64,000 nucleotides of DNA. Source: Syntrophales bacterium (lineage in GTDB: Bacteria > Desulfobacterota > Syntrophia > Syntrophales > UBA2192). Where the stretch lies: the NCBI GenBank assembly GCA_036725345.1, contig DAIMEJ010000005.1, positions 19,717 to 83,716 of the forward strand, written 5' to 3'. The notes beneath the pieces were generated by a model. That model was not told the DNA's origin. It did not search any database and was given only the letters and a program-made list of their open reading frames with translations. Shown piece after piece: positions 23,290-33,978 of this stretch. Position 1 is the first letter of the stretch, and every line of letters starts with the position of its first letter. The translations under genes were made by a program, and so were the position numbers.

Positions 23290-23811
23290 CTATCGGCCTG
23301 TCGCGGCCGCACCCAGGGGAATCACGGTGCTTATATCGCTCAGCCTCTCGAGAAGACCCCGGATCGAAATACCGTAAACCGGATGAATTACGTAGGGTGC
23401 GATCTCCATGAGCGGTACGAGCACAAATCGCCTCCTGTGCATCTCGGGATGGGGTACGCAAAGCGTCTCGTCCCGAATGACCCTTTCCCCGTAGAGAAGG
23501 ATGTCCAGATCGATCACCCTGGGTCCCCCCTTGCCGGCCCTGACGCGCCCCATCCGCTCTTCGATGCCCTGCAGAACCCCGAGGAGGGCATGGGCTTCAA
23601 GCGTCGTCCTGACCTCGACCACGGCGTTGATGAACCAAGGCTGGTCTATGATGCCGACGGGCTCCGTCCGGTACAGAGAGGACCTTCTGAGGACTTCGGT
23701 CGTTTCACCCGCAGAGAGGCGGTCAAGGGCCTCCAGGCAGTTTTGAACAGGATCACCCGTATTGGAGCCGACCCCGATGAAGCATACAACCTTACGAGAA
23801 CTCACGTTCAA
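23290..23811 (-). CDS. folK: 2-amino-4-hydroxy-6-hydroxymethyldihydropteridine diphosphokinase
   Basis: VGSNTGDP, PRVIDLDILLYG and LCVPHPEMHRRRFVLVPL motifs of HPPK. Confidence 0.9.
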   Translation of the reverse strand: MNVSSRKVVCFIGVGSNTGDPVQNCLEALDRLSAGETTEVLRRSSLYRTEPVGIIDQPWFINAVVEVRTTLEAHALLGVLQGIEERMGRVRAGKGGPRVIDLDILLYGERVIRDETLCVPHPEMHRRRFVLVPLMEIAPYVIHPVYGISIRGLLERLSDISTVIPLGAAATGR

Positions 23812-24958
23812 TTCTATTCATGGCCTCTTTCAGTCTGTTGTCCGGCACGGTCAGGGATATCCTGACGTACCCTTCACCATAATTACCGTAGGCCGTCCCC
23901 GCCGCCACCACGACGTGCGTTTTTTCAAACAGCCGGTCGGTGAACTCCAGGGCGCTCATTCCTTTCGGCGTGGGAACCCAGAGGTAGAAGGTGCCCTTCG
24001 GCGGCTTGAACCGGATGCCGATCTTTCGCAGCGTGCCGACCACCAGTCTGCGTCGCCTCCTGTATACCCTGATCATCCTGTCGATGTTGGCATTTTCGGC
24101 TCTAAGGGCGTGGATGGCAGCATACTGGATGGCGTTGAACACTCCTGAGTCGGTGTTTTCCTTGACCTTGCTGATCGCCGCTATGAGATCCCTGTTGCCG
24201 AGGGCCATTCCGATTCTCCAGCCCGTCATGTTGTAGGGCTTCGAAAGGGAGTTGAGTTCGACCCCCACCTCTCTTGCCCCCTGCGCGGAGAGAAAGCTCA
24301 GCCGCTCCTGGCCGTCAAAAACCATCTCGCTGTATGGGTTGTCATAACAGACGGCGATGTCGAAGTGCCTGGCAAAGGCCACGACGTCGTCGAAAAATTT
24401 TCGTGTCGCGCAGGCCCCCGTCGGGTTGTTCGGGTAGTTGAGAAACAGGCCCTTCGCCCGCCGGGCGACATCGGAGGGAATATCCTCAAATTTCGGGAGG
24501 TAGTTGTTTTCGGCCAGGATGGGGACGGAACAGGGTTCCCCGCCCGCCATCAGGATGCTCGCCCGGTAGGCCGGGTACCCCGGATCCGTCATGAGAACCG
24601 TGTCGCCGGGATTGATCGTCGCCAGGACGAAGTGATGGACACCTTCCTTCGATCCGATCAGGCCCAGGATCTCTTCGGCGGGATTCAGTTCGACGCCGTA
24701 GCGTTCCCGATACCAGCGGGCGATTTCCTGCCTGAAGGTCAACATGCCCTTCTCCTCGTCCGTGGGGTAGCGGTGGTTTTCCGGGTCCCGGGCCCGCAGG
24801 CAGAGTTCTTTGATGACTCCCTTCGGGGTCGGCTCCACGGGGTCGCCGATGGCCAGAGAGATGACATCGACACCGTCGGCCCTGGCCTTCGCGATCTTCT
24901 TTCTCAGCTCCATGAAGAGATAGGGGGGGATTTTTGACAGCCTGTCTGCAATCTGCAA
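23792..24958 (-). CDS. dapL: LL-diaminopimelate aminotransferase (class I/II aminotransferase)
   Basis: 388-aa fold-type I aminotransferase (SLSKPYNMTGWRIG Lys motif) sitting directly after dapB-dapA-dapF-lysA. The specific DapL call rests on that context. Confidence 0.75.
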   Translation of the reverse strand: MQIADRLSKIPPYLFMELRKKIAKARADGVDVISLAIGDPVEPTPKGVIKELCLRARDPENHRYPTDEEKGMLTFRQEIARWYRERYGVELNPAEEILGLIGSKEGVHHFVLATINPGDTVLMTDPGYPAYRASILMAGGEPCSVPILAENNYLPKFEDIPSDVARRAKGLFLNYPNNPTGACATRKFFDDVVAFARHFDIAVCYDNPYSEMVFDGQERLSFLSAQGAREVGVELNSLSKPYNMTGWRIGMALGNRDLIAAISKVKENTDSGVFNAIQYAAIHALRAENANIDRMIRVYRRRRRLVVGTLRKIGIRFKPPKGTFYLWVPTPKGMSALEFTDRLFEKTHVVVAAGTAYGNYGEGYVRISLTVPDNRLKEAMNRIEREFS

Positions 24959-25017
24959 AGCTCTTCTCCTCCTGTCGGGACGTTCACAGATCCCCTCCGG
25001 GATCCCGTAACTTTCTC

Positions 25018-25063
25018 AACAACGACCGCGGCGCCCTGTCGCGCGGACGCCGCGGTCGTTGTT
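25018..25063. other. 16-bp perfect-stem intercistronic hairpin between dapB and dapL
   Basis: AACAACGACCGCGGCG (25018-25033), a 14-nt loop, then CGCCGCGGTCGTTGTT (25048-25063). Confidence 0.7.
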
Positions 25064-25089
25064 TTCCTGAAGAGGGCTTTCGGTACCCG

Positions 25090-25899
25090 CTATTTGCCGC
25101 GAAGGCCCAGGACGTCCTGCATATCATACAGGCCGTTCTTCTGGCTGATGACCCATTTGGCGGCACGGATGGAGCCTTTGGCGAAGTTGTCCCGGCTGTG
25201 TGCCCGGTGAATGAACTCGAGGCGCTCGCCGATCCCGCCGAAGATCACGCTGTGCTCCCCGACAATGTCCCCGGCTCGAATGGTCTGGATGCCGATCTCC
25301 TCCCGGGTCCTCGCCCCGATCATCCCTTTCCTTTCATAGACCGCCGTCTTGTCGAGGTTTCTCCCCAGCGCCTCGGCGATGATCTGGGCCATTCGCATGG
25401 CCGTGCCGCTGGGCGCGTCCTTCTTGAGGTTGTGATGGGCTTCCACGATCTCCACGTCAAACTCGTCCCCCAGGATGCCCGACACATACTCCAGGACCTT
25501 GAACATGACGTTGACGCCCACGCTCATGTTGGGTGCGAGCACGCAGCGGGTGCCGGGCGCCAGCTCCCGGATCTTTTTCATCTGGTCGGCCGTGAAGCCC
25601 GTCGTGCCGATGACAATGGGCGACTTGTGCTTGACCGCTACTTCAAGATGCCGCAGGGAAGATTCGTGATGGGTGAAGTCGATGACCACATCCCCGTCGC
25701 GGATGCACATCTCGAGATCGTCGGTGACGGCAAATCCCGTTTTTCCCAGGCCGAGGGCCTCCCCGAGATCACGGCCGATCAGGGGATGCCCCTGTTTCTC
25801 AACCCCGCCGGCCACCTGGATCCCCTCCGTCGTGGAGATGAGGCTGATGACCCTTCCTCCCATCTTTCCGCCGGCACCTGACACGATTGCCTTGACCAT
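25090..25899 (-). CDS. dapB: 4-hydroxy-tetrahydrodipicolinate reductase
   Basis: Start set at the ATG at 25899, after AAGGAG. MVKAIVSGAGGKMG NAD-binding N-terminus and an EAHHNLKKDAPSGTA motif. Confidence 0.93.
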   Translation of the reverse strand: MVKAIVSGAGGKMGGRVISLISTTEGIQVAGGVEKQGHPLIGRDLGEALGLGKTGFAVTDDLEMCIRDGDVVIDFTHHESSLRHLEVAVKHKSPIVIGTTGFTADQMKKIRELAPGTRCVLAPNMSVGVNVMFKVLEYVSGILGDEFDVEIVEAHHNLKKDAPSGTAMRMAQIIAEALGRNLDKTAVYERKGMIGARTREEIGIQTIRAGDIVGEHSVIFGGIGERLEFIHRAHSRDNFAKGSIRAAKWVISQKNGLYDMQDVLGLRGK

Positions 25900-25949
25900 A
25901 GAAACTCTCCTTTCCACATCCCGTTGTTCTGTCGGATGGAATCCCGGCC

Positions 25950-26825
25950 CTATTTAATGAGGCCGTAATTCTGCATGACTTTCTTCAGCTTATCCATATT
26001 GGCATCGGAAAGCTTCCAGAGCGGCTGCCGGACCTCGTACTGGATCTTGCCCATCAGCGAGAGCGCGGCCTTCACCGGGGTCGGGTTCGTCTCGATGAAA
26101 AGCGAGTCGATCAGGGGGGTCATCTTGTAGTGCAGCGCTTTGGCCTTTTTGAAATCTCCCGCAAAGAAGGCATCGACCATGGCCGCCATGTCCGCCGGCG
26201 CGATGTTCGAGATGACGGAGATGATCCCGTGGCCGCCGAGCTGCAGGAGGGGGTAGGTGAACCAGTCGTCACCGGAGAGCACGGCAAAATCGGGGCCGCA
26301 GAGTGTGATGACATCCTGCATCTGCCGAAGGGAGCCCGCCGCTTCCTTGGTGCCGACGATGTTCTTGATCTTCGAAAGCCTCGCCATGGTATCGGGCGTG
26401 ATATTGACGCCCGTCCTGCCGGGGATGTTGTAGACGATGATGGGGATCGGGACCTTCTCGGCGATGAGCTTGTAATGCTGGTAAAGGCCCTCCTGGGTCG
26501 GCCGGTTGTAATAAGGGGCGACCATGAGGACACCGTCGGCGCCTACTTCATGGGCATGCTTGGTCAGCCTGAGGGCTTCCGCCGTGCTGTTGGAACCGGT
26601 CCCCGCGATGACCGGGACTCTTTTCTTCGCAGCCTTCACGGTGATTTCGATCACCCGGTCGTGCTCCTCGTGGGATAAAACGGGCGACTCGCCGGTTGTG
26701 CCGCAGGGAACGATACCGTCGGTCCCGTTGGCAATCTGGAACTCGATGAGTTCCCTTAACGCTTTCTCGTCCACCTTCCCGTTTTTGAAAGGCGTCACAA
26801 TCGCTACGATGGCTCCCTTGAACAT
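25950..26825 (-). CDS. dapA: 4-hydroxy-tetrahydrodipicolinate synthase
   Basis: Start set at the ATG at 26825, after GGGAGGG. GAIVAIVTPF, GTTGESP and YNIPGRTG motifs. Confidence 0.95.
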   Translation of the reverse strand: MFKGAIVAIVTPFKNGKVDEKALRELIEFQIANGTDGIVPCGTTGESPVLSHEEHDRVIEITVKAAKKRVPVIAGTGSNSTAEALRLTKHAHEVGADGVLMVAPYYNRPTQEGLYQHYKLIAEKVPIPIIVYNIPGRTGVNITPDTMARLSKIKNIVGTKEAAGSLRQMQDVITLCGPDFAVLSGDDWFTYPLLQLGGHGIISVISNIAPADMAAMVDAFFAGDFKKAKALHYKMTPLIDSLFIETNPTPVKAALSLMGKIQYEVRQPLWKLSDANMDKLKKVMQNYGLIK

Positions 26826-26867
26826 AAGACCCTCCCTTTTCACGCTTTGCTTAGCCTGCTGTATTTA

Positions 26868-27689
26868 TTAATAATTATGGCCTTCATCCCAGAGGTTACC
26901 CTCGTAAACCACCCGGGCCCCGCCCTCCAGGTAAACATTTTTGAATCCCTCGTCCGTTTTCGAGAAATAAATCTTCAAGGTCTCGCCGCTTTTTACCAGA
27001 ACATCAACGGGTTCGTCAACCAGACCTTTCCATGCGGAAATGAGGGCCGAAGCCACGGCGCCCGTTCCGCAGGCCAGCGTCTCATCCTCCACCCCCCTCT
27101 CGTAGGTTCTGACTCGAATCCGTTGGCGATTGAGGACCCGGACAAAGTTCGCATTCGTCCCCGCCGGCTGGTAGGCCTCGTTATACCGTATGAGCCTTCC
27201 GTCGGAAAAAACATCATGGCTTTCGAGGTCCCGGATGAAGGAAACAACGTGAGGCACGCCGGTATTGACGCTGCTGACGGGAAGGGTTCTCCCGTCCAGG
27301 CGGATGGTGTAATCCACCCTGAGTTCCTGCGGGTCCGTGAGCCGGAGTTTCACCTGGTCACCTTTCACTTCGGCATCGATGATGCCCGCGCCTGTGACGA
27401 AGGACATCTTCTGGCCGGCGATGCCCTTGATGAAAGCGAAACGCGCCGCGCAGCGCCCGCCGTTCCCGCACATGTCGACTTCGCTGCCGTCGGCGTTGAA
27501 GAAACGCCAGCTGAAATCGGCCCTGTCCGACTTCCGGATGACAATGAGGCCGTCGGCGCCGACGGACACCCGCCTTTCGCAGATCTTCCGCACGAAATCC
27601 TCGAGCTTGCCGACGGAGAGTTTCCCGTCCCGGTCGTCGATCAGGATGAAATCATTTCCGCTGCCGCTCATTTTGAAAAATTCAATCAT
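26868..27689 (-). CDS. dapF: diaminopimelate epimerase
   Basis: FFKMSGSGNDFILID, DMCGNGGRC and ETLACGTGA catalytic Cys motifs. Confidence 0.95.
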   Translation of the reverse strand: MIEFFKMSGSGNDFILIDDRDGKLSVGKLEDFVRKICERRVSVGADGLIVIRKSDRADFSWRFFNADGSEVDMCGNGGRCAARFAFIKGIAGQKMSFVTGAGIIDAEVKGDQVKLRLTDPQELRVDYTIRLDGRTLPVSSVNTGVPHVVSFIRDLESHDVFSDGRLIRYNEAYQPAGTNANFVRVLNRQRIRVRTYERGVEDETLACGTGAVASALISAWKGLVDEPVDVLVKSGETLKIYFSKTDEGFKNVYLEGGARVVYEGNLWDEGHNY

Positions 27690-27748
27690 GAAATACCTCT
27701 CGGCCCCGTGTATGGAGCTTCATGCGACGGGCTTTCTTTTAGGATTTG

Positions 27749-27783
27749 GCCTGATGCCCGATGCCCAGTGCCTGATGCCTATT
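27749..27783. repeat. tandem heptamer repeat
   Basis: GCCTGAT GCCCGAT GCCCAGT GCCTGAT GCCTATT between dapF and lysA. The last unit overlaps the lysA stop. Confidence 0.7.
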
Positions 27784-29035
27784 TGAGGAACTCCGGCACT
27801 GCCTCGCCCCGGACGAGGTCCCCGTAGTTCTCTCTCTGCCGGATCACGAAAAACTTGTCATCCTGCACGAGGACCTCCGCAATCCTGGGTCTCGAGTTGT
27901 AGTTCGAGGACATGGTGAAACCGTAGGCGCCGGCGCTCATCACGGCGAGAAGTTCCCCCCTGTCCACACGGGGGATCGACCTGCCTTTGGCCAGAAAATC
28001 ACCGGATTCGCAGATGGGTCCCACCACGTCGGCCACGATGGATTCCCGCCCTTTCATGACCACGGGCTGAATCAGGTGATAGGAGCTGTAGAGGCTCGGC
28101 CGGATGAGGTCGTTCATGCCCGCGTCGACGATGACAAAGTTCTTCTGACCGGTGCTCTTGTTATAGAGCACCCGGGTCACGAGAATACCCGCATTGCCGA
28201 CGATCACCCGCCCCGGCTCCAGGATAAAGGTGCATTCCAGATCCCCCGAGGCACCCATGATAGCTTTCGCGTATTGCTCCGGATGAGGCGGCAGTTCGTC
28301 GTTGTAAGTGATCCCGAGTCCCCCGCCGAGATCGAGATACTGCACCACGATGCCGTCTTTCCTCAGAAGGGTAATCAAGTTCTTCAGACGGTCCAGGGCG
28401 TCCACAAAGGGGGTAAGTTCCGTCACCTGGGAACCGATGTGGCAGTCCACGCCAATCACGTCGATGTTCGAAAGACCCTTGGCCCTCCGGTACTCCTCCC
28501 GGGACTTTTCGATGTCGATTCCGAACTTGTTCGATTTCAGGCCCGTCGAGATGTGCGGGTGGGTCCTGGGATCCACGTCCGGGTTGACCCGGAGCGCAAT
28601 CCTCGCCCTTGTCCCCAGCTCGCGGGCGCGCTCGTTGATGATGCCCAGTTCCTCCGACGACTCGACGTTGAACATCAGGATGCCGGTTTTCAGGGCATAG
28701 TCGATCTCCTCCAGCGTTTTCCCCACGCCGGAATAGACGATCTTCTTCGGATCCACGCCGACCTGGAGGGCGCGGTAAAGCTCCCCACCCGACACGATAT
28801 CCACCCCGCCCCTCAGCCGGGCGAAGATCCTCAGAATGGAGAGGTTGGAATTAGCCTTCACGGAGAAACAGATGATGTGCGGCACCTCCCCGAAGGCCTG
28901 ATCGAAGACGCGGAAATGGTGGGTCAGCGTCCTGTGGCTGTATAGATAAAAGGGCGTGCCGACCTCGGAGGCGATGGCCTCGACGGAAACGTCTTCGCAC
29001 CGGAGTGTCTGCTCCCTGTAATTGAAATAATCCAT
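27779..29035 (-). CDS. lysA: diaminopimelate decarboxylase
   Basis: 418 aa PLP-dependent (fold III) decarboxylase with FSVKAN, LDLGGGLG and CESGD motifs. Confidence 0.95.
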   Translation of the reverse strand: MDYFNYREQTLRCEDVSVEAIASEVGTPFYLYSHRTLTHHFRVFDQAFGEVPHIICFSVKANSNLSILRIFARLRGGVDIVSGGELYRALQVGVDPKKIVYSGVGKTLEEIDYALKTGILMFNVESSEELGIINERARELGTRARIALRVNPDVDPRTHPHISTGLKSNKFGIDIEKSREEYRRAKGLSNIDVIGVDCHIGSQVTELTPFVDALDRLKNLITLLRKDGIVVQYLDLGGGLGITYNDELPPHPEQYAKAIMGASGDLECTFILEPGRVIVGNAGILVTRVLYNKSTGQKNFVIVDAGMNDLIRPSLYSSYHLIQPVVMKGRESIVADVVGPICESGDFLAKGRSIPRVDRGELLAVMSAGAYGFTMSSNYNSRPRIAEVLVQDDKFFVIRQRENYGDLVRGEAVPEFLK

Positions 29036-29068
29036 CTTTCCTTCCCCGAATGAACGACCCCCAGACCG

Positions 29069-29272
29069 TCACAGGCCGGCGAGGGTCTGAACTTTGGTGA
29101 AACTCTGCGATGCCGGTTTATCCGGGGGAATGGGATCCCCCTTCTTGCCGCAACTCCAGCCCATGAGTAAGAGGGCACAGAGAACAACAAGCCACAGAAC
29201 GTTTTCCCTACTTTTTCTTCTCCGCTTCAATTTCCCTGATCCTTTTAACGACCTCTTTCTTCGACGTTCCAC
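29069..29272 (-). CDS. small lipoprotein, LptM/YifL-like
   Basis: Hydrophobic segment LWLVVLCALLLMGWSCGKKGDPIPP (lipobox then GKKG.P, as in YifL-type lipoproteins found next to dapF/lysA genes). The start is uncertain, and the ATG at 29272 overlaps the argH 3' end by 65 nt. Confidence 0.5.
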   Translation of the reverse strand: MERRRKRSLKGSGKLKRRRKSRENVLWLVVLCALLLMGWSCGKKGDPIPPDKPASQSFTKVQTLAGL

Positions 29273-30584
29273 CCGGGCCCTGCCGGGCGCTCACGGAGTT
29301 CTCCACGGTTATCGCCCGGAAGATATCCTTCCCGAAGCGGGGATGATATTTACTGAACTCCGCGAGGCTCAGGTCCGAAAAACGCCTGCCTTTCTTGAGG
29401 CAGTCCGCGACGATTTTCCCGGTCACGGCGTGCGCCCGTCGGAAGGGCACACCCTTTCGGACCAGGTAATCGGCGATGTCCGTCGCCGTGGAAAATCCAT
29501 CGGCAGCAGCCTCCTTCATCCTCGCCCGCCTGAAACTCAAATGCCCGATCATGGCCGTGAGAATCGACAGGGAGGCCTTGACGGTGTCCACCGTGTCGAA
29601 GAGGGGCTCCTTGTCCTCCTGGAGGTCCCGGTTGTAAGTCATGGGGAGCCCCTTGAGCACCGTGAGGAGGCTCACGAGGTTTCCGTAGACCCTGCCGGTC
29701 TTGCCCCGGATAAGTTCCGCCACGTCGGGGTTTTTCTTCTGGGGCATGATGCTGCTCCCCGTCGTGAAGGCATCCGATATCTCGACGAAACCGAACTCCC
29801 CGCTCGACCAGAGAACGAGATCCTCGCAGAGGCGGCTCGTGTGCATCATGACAAGCCCGGCGCCGAAAATGAACTCGGCGACGAAATCCCGGTCCGAGAC
29901 GGCATCCATGCTGTTTTCCGAGAGCCTCGGGAACCCGAGCAGCCTCGCGACGTAACGCCGGTCCAGCGGAAGGCCCGCGCCCGCCAGAGCGGCGGAACCC
30001 AGAGGCATAACGTTGATCCGCACGAGGCACTCTTTCAACCTCGCGGCGTCCCGGTCAAACATCTCCCGGTAGGCCAGGAGATAGTGCGACAAAAGCACCG
30101 GCTGGGCCCGCTGCAGGTGCGTGTAACCCGGCATGATCGTGTCGATCTCCGCCTTGGCCTTCCGGAGGATGGCCGACTGGAGTTTCCCGATGAGCCCGAG
30201 GACTTCCCCCGCCTCATCCCTCAGGTAAAGCCTCATGTCGAGGGCCACCTGGTCGTTGCGGCTCCGCCCCGTGTGGATCTTTTCGCCCGCGGGACCGGCC
30301 TTCCTGATGAGGGCCTTCTCCACGGCCATATGGATATCCTCGTCTTCAGGCCCAAAGGCGAATTTCCCCGATTCGATCCTCCGCCGGATACCCGCGAGGG
30401 CCGAGAGGATCCTTTTCTCTTCCCGGGTCGACAGGTAACCCTGTTTTCTCAGCATCCGGCAGTGCGCCATGCTCCCCTCGATGTCGTACCGGTAAAGCCG
30501 CCGGTCAAAGGGGAGCGAGGCGGTGAACTCCTCCACGAGCCTGTCCGTCTTCTCCCTGAACCTTCCACCCCAGAGTTTTTTCAT
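29208..30584 (-). CDS. argH: argininosuccinate lyase
   Basis: 458 aa with LWGGRF N-terminus, the GSSIMPQKKNPD signature and a TGRSRNDQV motif. Confidence 0.97.
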   Translation of the reverse strand: MKKLWGGRFREKTDRLVEEFTASLPFDRRLYRYDIEGSMAHCRMLRKQGYLSTREEKRILSALAGIRRRIESGKFAFGPEDEDIHMAVEKALIRKAGPAGEKIHTGRSRNDQVALDMRLYLRDEAGEVLGLIGKLQSAILRKAKAEIDTIMPGYTHLQRAQPVLLSHYLLAYREMFDRDAARLKECLVRINVMPLGSAALAGAGLPLDRRYVARLLGFPRLSENSMDAVSDRDFVAEFIFGAGLVMMHTSRLCEDLVLWSSGEFGFVEISDAFTTGSSIMPQKKNPDVAELIRGKTGRVYGNLVSLLTVLKGLPMTYNRDLQEDKEPLFDTVDTVKASLSILTAMIGHLSFRRARMKEAAADGFSTATDIADYLVRKGVPFRRAHAVTGKIVADCLKKGRRFSDLSLAEFSKYHPRFGKDIFRAITVENSVSARQGPGGTSKKEVVKRIREIEAEKKK

Positions 30585-30638
30585 TTTTTTCAGTCTCTCC
30601 GATCATGAAAAAAAAGGACCCGGCCTGCAGGGCATCCG

Positions 30639-31847
30639 CTATTTGTTCATAAGAGAGCGGATACGAAGCCGCAGGGCGTTCAGCCGGATGAACCCCGTGG
30701 CATCCATTTGATCGTAGACCTCGCTCTTTTCAAATGTGGCGAAATCCTCCCGGTAGAGGGAATAAGGGGACTTCCGCCCGACGACAATGACGTTTCCCTT
30801 GTAGAGTTTGAGCCGCGCGGCGCCCGTGACGTTTTCCTGCGTCTTGTCGATCATCGTCCGCAGGGCCTCCATCTCGGGCGAGTACCAGAAACCGTAGTAG
30901 ATGAGCTGCGCGAACTTGGGAATCAGGGAGTCCCTCAGCAGCATCACCTCCCGGTCCATGGTGATGGATTCCACGGCGCGGTGGGCCGCCCACAGAACCG
31001 TTCCCCCCGGCGTTTCGTAGACACCGCGTGACTTCATGCCCACGAAACGGTTCTCCACCATGTCCACGCGCCCGATACCGTTCGCACCGGCGACGCGGTT
31101 CAGGTGCTCGACGAGCCTCGCCGGGCTCATCTTCTTCCCGTCCACCGCCACGGGATTTCCCCTTTTGAAGTCAATCTCGATGTAGGTCGGTCTGTCGGGG
31201 GCCTTCTCCGGTGAGGCGGTCAGGACGAACATGTCCTCCGGCGGCTCCGACCAGGGGTCTTCCAGGATTCCGCCCTCGTGCGATATATGGAGAAGATTCC
31301 GGTCGCTGCTGTAAGGCTTTTCCTTCGACACCGGCAGGGGAATGCCGTGCTTGGCCGCGTAGTCGATCATCTGGTCCCTCGACTGGAAGGGCCACTTGCT
31401 GTCCCGCCAGGCGGCGATGATCCGGATGTCCGGTTTCAAGGCCATATACGTGAGTTCGAACCTCACCTGGTCGTTCCCCTTCCCCGTCGCGCCGTGACAG
31501 ACGGCGTCGGCTTTCTCCTTTTTAGCGACCTCGATCTGCCCCTTGGCGATGATCGGCCTTGCCAGGGAAGTCCCCATCAGGTACGTTCCCTCGTAAATGG
31601 CATTGGCCCTGAGCGCCGTGAACACGAAGTCCCGGGCGAATTCTTCCCTCAGGTCCTCGATGTAGACCTTGCTCGCACCCGTTTTCCGCGCTTTCGCCTC
31701 CAGCCCCTCGAGTTCCTCCTTCTGCCCCAGATCCGCACAGTAGGCGATGACCTCACAGCGGTAAGCCTCGATAAGCCAGCGGATGATCACGGACGTGTCC
31801 AGACCGCCGGAGTAGGCCACGACCACTTTTTTCACGTCACGTTTCAA
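30639..31847 (-). CDS. argG: argininosuccinate synthase
   Basis: [24 protein letters not shown]-like ([13 protein letters not shown]) and [12 protein letters not shown] motifs. Confidence 0.97.
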   Translation of the reverse strand: MKRDVKKVVVAYSGGLDTSVIIRWLIEAYRCEVIAYCADLGQKEELEGLEAKARKTGASKVYIEDLREEFARDFVFTALRANAIYEGTYLMGTSLARPIIAKGQIEVAKKEKADAVCHGATGKGNDQVRFELTYMALKPDIRIIAAWRDSKWPFQSRDQMIDYAAKHGIPLPVSKEKPYSSDRNLLHISHEGGILEDPWSEPPEDMFVLTASPEKAPDRPTYIEIDFKRGNPVAVDGKKMSPARLVEHLNRVAGANGIGRVDMVENRFVGMKSRGVYETPGGTVLWAAHRAVESITMDREVMLLRDSLIPKFAQLIYYGFWYSPEMEALRTMIDKTQENVTGAARLKLYKGNVIVVGRKSPYSLYREDFATFEKSEVYDQMDATGFIRLNALRLRIRSLMNK

Positions 31848-32770
31848 TGCTTCTTACCTCCTCCCATGAGAATTTCCATGATCGCCTTCTGGACATGAAG
31901 GCGGTTTTCCGCCTGATCGACGATCACGGACTGGGGGCCGTCCATGACCTCGGCGGTGATTTCCTCGCCCCGGTGAGCAGGCAGGCAGTGCATGACGATG
32001 GCGTCGGCCTTTGCGTGACCCATGAGGGCCCCGTTGACCTGGTAGGTCTTGAAGGCCTTCGCCCGGGCTTCCTTCTGGTCCTCCTGGCCCATGCTGGCCC
32101 ACACATCGGTGTAGACCACGTCGGCGCCGCTCACCGCCTCCCGCGGCTCCCTGAAAAGGTGGATCCGCCCGGGGGCTTCCCTCATTGCCCGGCCCAATAT
32201 CCCCGCGTCCGGATCATACCCGGCCGGACAGGCGAGAGAGAGAACGAACGGGAGCCTCGCGGCGGCCTCGACCCAGGTGTTGGCGATGTTGTTGCCGTCA
32301 CCCACGTAGGCGATACGGAGTCCCTCGAGGCGCCCTTTTTTTTCACAGATCGTGAAGAGATCCCCGAGTATCTGGCAGGGATGCAGGAGATCGGTAAGCC
32401 CGTTGATGATGGGGACCGTGGCGTACCGGGCAAAGGTCTCGACGACGGACTGGGCATAGGTCCGGATCATGAGGCCGTCGAGGTACCTCGAGATCACCCT
32501 GGCCGTGTCCTCGACGGATTCCCCCCGTGCCAGCTGGATGTCCCGGCTGTTCAGGAATACCGCTATGCCGCCGAGCTGGTAGATACCCACCTCGAAGGAA
32601 AGCCTCGTCCTCGTCGAGGACTTGTCGAAGATCATCCCGAGGGTCTTTCCCGCAAGGCGTGCGTGGGGAATCCCTTCCCGAAGCAGCTTCTTGAGCTCCG
32701 CCGCTTTTTTGAAGATCTCCTGAAAATCCGGGGGCTCCAGATCGTAGAGACTTAAGAAATCTTTCTTCAT
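31844..32770 (-). CDS. argF: ornithine carbamoyltransferase
   Basis: Start trimmed to the ATG at 32770 (ATGA overlap with the argD stop). [17 protein letters not shown] and HCLPA motifs. Confidence 0.95.
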   Translation of the reverse strand: MKKDFLSLYDLEPPDFQEIFKKAAELKKLLREGIPHARLAGKTLGMIFDKSSTRTRLSFEVGIYQLGGIAVFLNSRDIQLARGESVEDTARVISRYLDGLMIRTYAQSVVETFARYATVPIINGLTDLLHPCQILGDLFTICEKKGRLEGLRIAYVGDGNNIANTWVEAAARLPFVLSLACPAGYDPDAGILGRAMREAPGRIHLFREPREAVSGADVVYTDVWASMGQEDQKEARAKAFKTYQVNGALMGHAKADAIVMHCLPAHRGEEITAEVMDGPQSVIVDQAENRLHVQKAIMEILMGGGKKH

Positions 32771-33957
32771 CAGCCCTCCAATGCCTCGTCCAGGATGCTT
32801 ACGGCCCGGTCCACGTCGTCCTGTGATATCGTCAGGGGCGGGACGAACCGAAGAATGTGCTCCCCGGCGCAGTTGATCAAAAGGCCCTTCTCCAGGCACC
32901 TCTGGACGATCGACGCGCCGTCGATCGTGAGATCCATCCCCACCATGAGGCCCATGCCCCGGACTTCCTGGATCATGAAATGTTTCTTCTTGAGTTCCCC
33001 CAGCCGCTCCCGCAGGTAGGCGCCCACCTCCAGGCTGTTGTCCAGGATGCCGTCCTCCAGAAGCGCCCGCAGGACGGCGATGCCGGCGGCCATGCCCAGT
33101 GGATTCCCCCCGAAGGTCGAGGCGTGCGTCCCGGGTCCGAAGGCCGAAGCCACCCGATCCGTTGCCAGAAGCGCCCCGAGGGGGTAGCCGTTCCCCAAGG
33201 CCTTCGCAAGGGTCATGATGTCGGGTGTGATCCCGAAATGCTCGTGGGCAAAGAGCTTCCCCGTTCTCCCCATGCCCGTCTGGACCTCGTCGAGAATGAG
33301 CAGTATCCCTTGATCGTCGCAGACCCGCCTCACCCCCTCCAGGTAACCAGGTGACGGCATCTGGACGCCGCTCTCACCCTGGATGGGTTCCACCATGACC
33401 GCGCAGGTCCTCTTCCGAATCGCCTTCTCCAGGGCCTTCACGTCATTGAAGGGAACATACCGGAATCCTTCCGGCAGGGGGGCGAACCCCACATGGAATT
33501 TTTCCTGCGCCGTGGCCGTGATGGCGGCCAGCGTCCGGCCGTGAAAAGAGCCGCGCATGGTGATGATCTCGTACCGGTCTCCCTTCAGGTTGTCGTGGGC
33601 GTATTTCCGCGCAAGCTTGATGGCCGCCTCGTTGGCCTCCGCGCCGCTGTTGCAGAAAAAGACCTTGTCGGCAAAGGAGTTTTCCACGAGCATCCCCGCC
33701 AGGTGAATCTGCGGCACCGTGTAGTAGAGGTTTGAGACGTGCGTCAGGAGTTCCGCCTGCTGCCGAAGGGCAGCGACAACTTTCGGGTTCGAATGACCCA
33801 GGCTGCAGACGGCAATCCCGGCCACAAAGTCGAGATACTCTCTTCCGTCGCTGTCCCAGACCCGGGCACCGGAGCCCCTCACCAGGACGACGGGCTGCCG
33901 CCGGTAGGTGCCGATGATGACCTTATTGGCCTGATCCATGAATTCTTTTGTTTGCAC
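32770..33957 (-). CDS. argD: acetylornithine aminotransferase
   Basis: Class III aminotransferase with LILDEVQTGMGRTG and DIMTLAKALGNG (Lys) motifs. Lies in the arg cluster. Confidence 0.93.
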   Translation of the reverse strand: MQTKEFMDQANKVIIGTYRRQPVVLVRGSGARVWDSDGREYLDFVAGIAVCSLGHSNPKVVAALRQQAELLTHVSNLYYTVPQIHLAGMLVENSFADKVFFCNSGAEANEAAIKLARKYAHDNLKGDRYEIITMRGSFHGRTLAAITATAQEKFHVGFAPLPEGFRYVPFNDVKALEKAIRKRTCAVMVEPIQGESGVQMPSPGYLEGVRRVCDDQGILLILDEVQTGMGRTGKLFAHEHFGITPDIMTLAKALGNGYPLGALLATDRVASAFGPGTHASTFGGNPLGMAAGIAVLRALLEDGILDNSLEVGAYLRERLGELKKKHFMIQEVRGMGLMVGMDLTIDGASIVQRCLEKGLLINCAGEHILRFVPPLTISQDDVDRAVSILDEALEG

Positions 33958-33978
33958 TTCAACGACCCCTTGTGGTTC

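Noticed and set aside
29094-30608. 504-aa plus-strand ORF
   Set aside because: Fully antisense to argH. No motifs and an Arg/Pro/Gly-rich composition.
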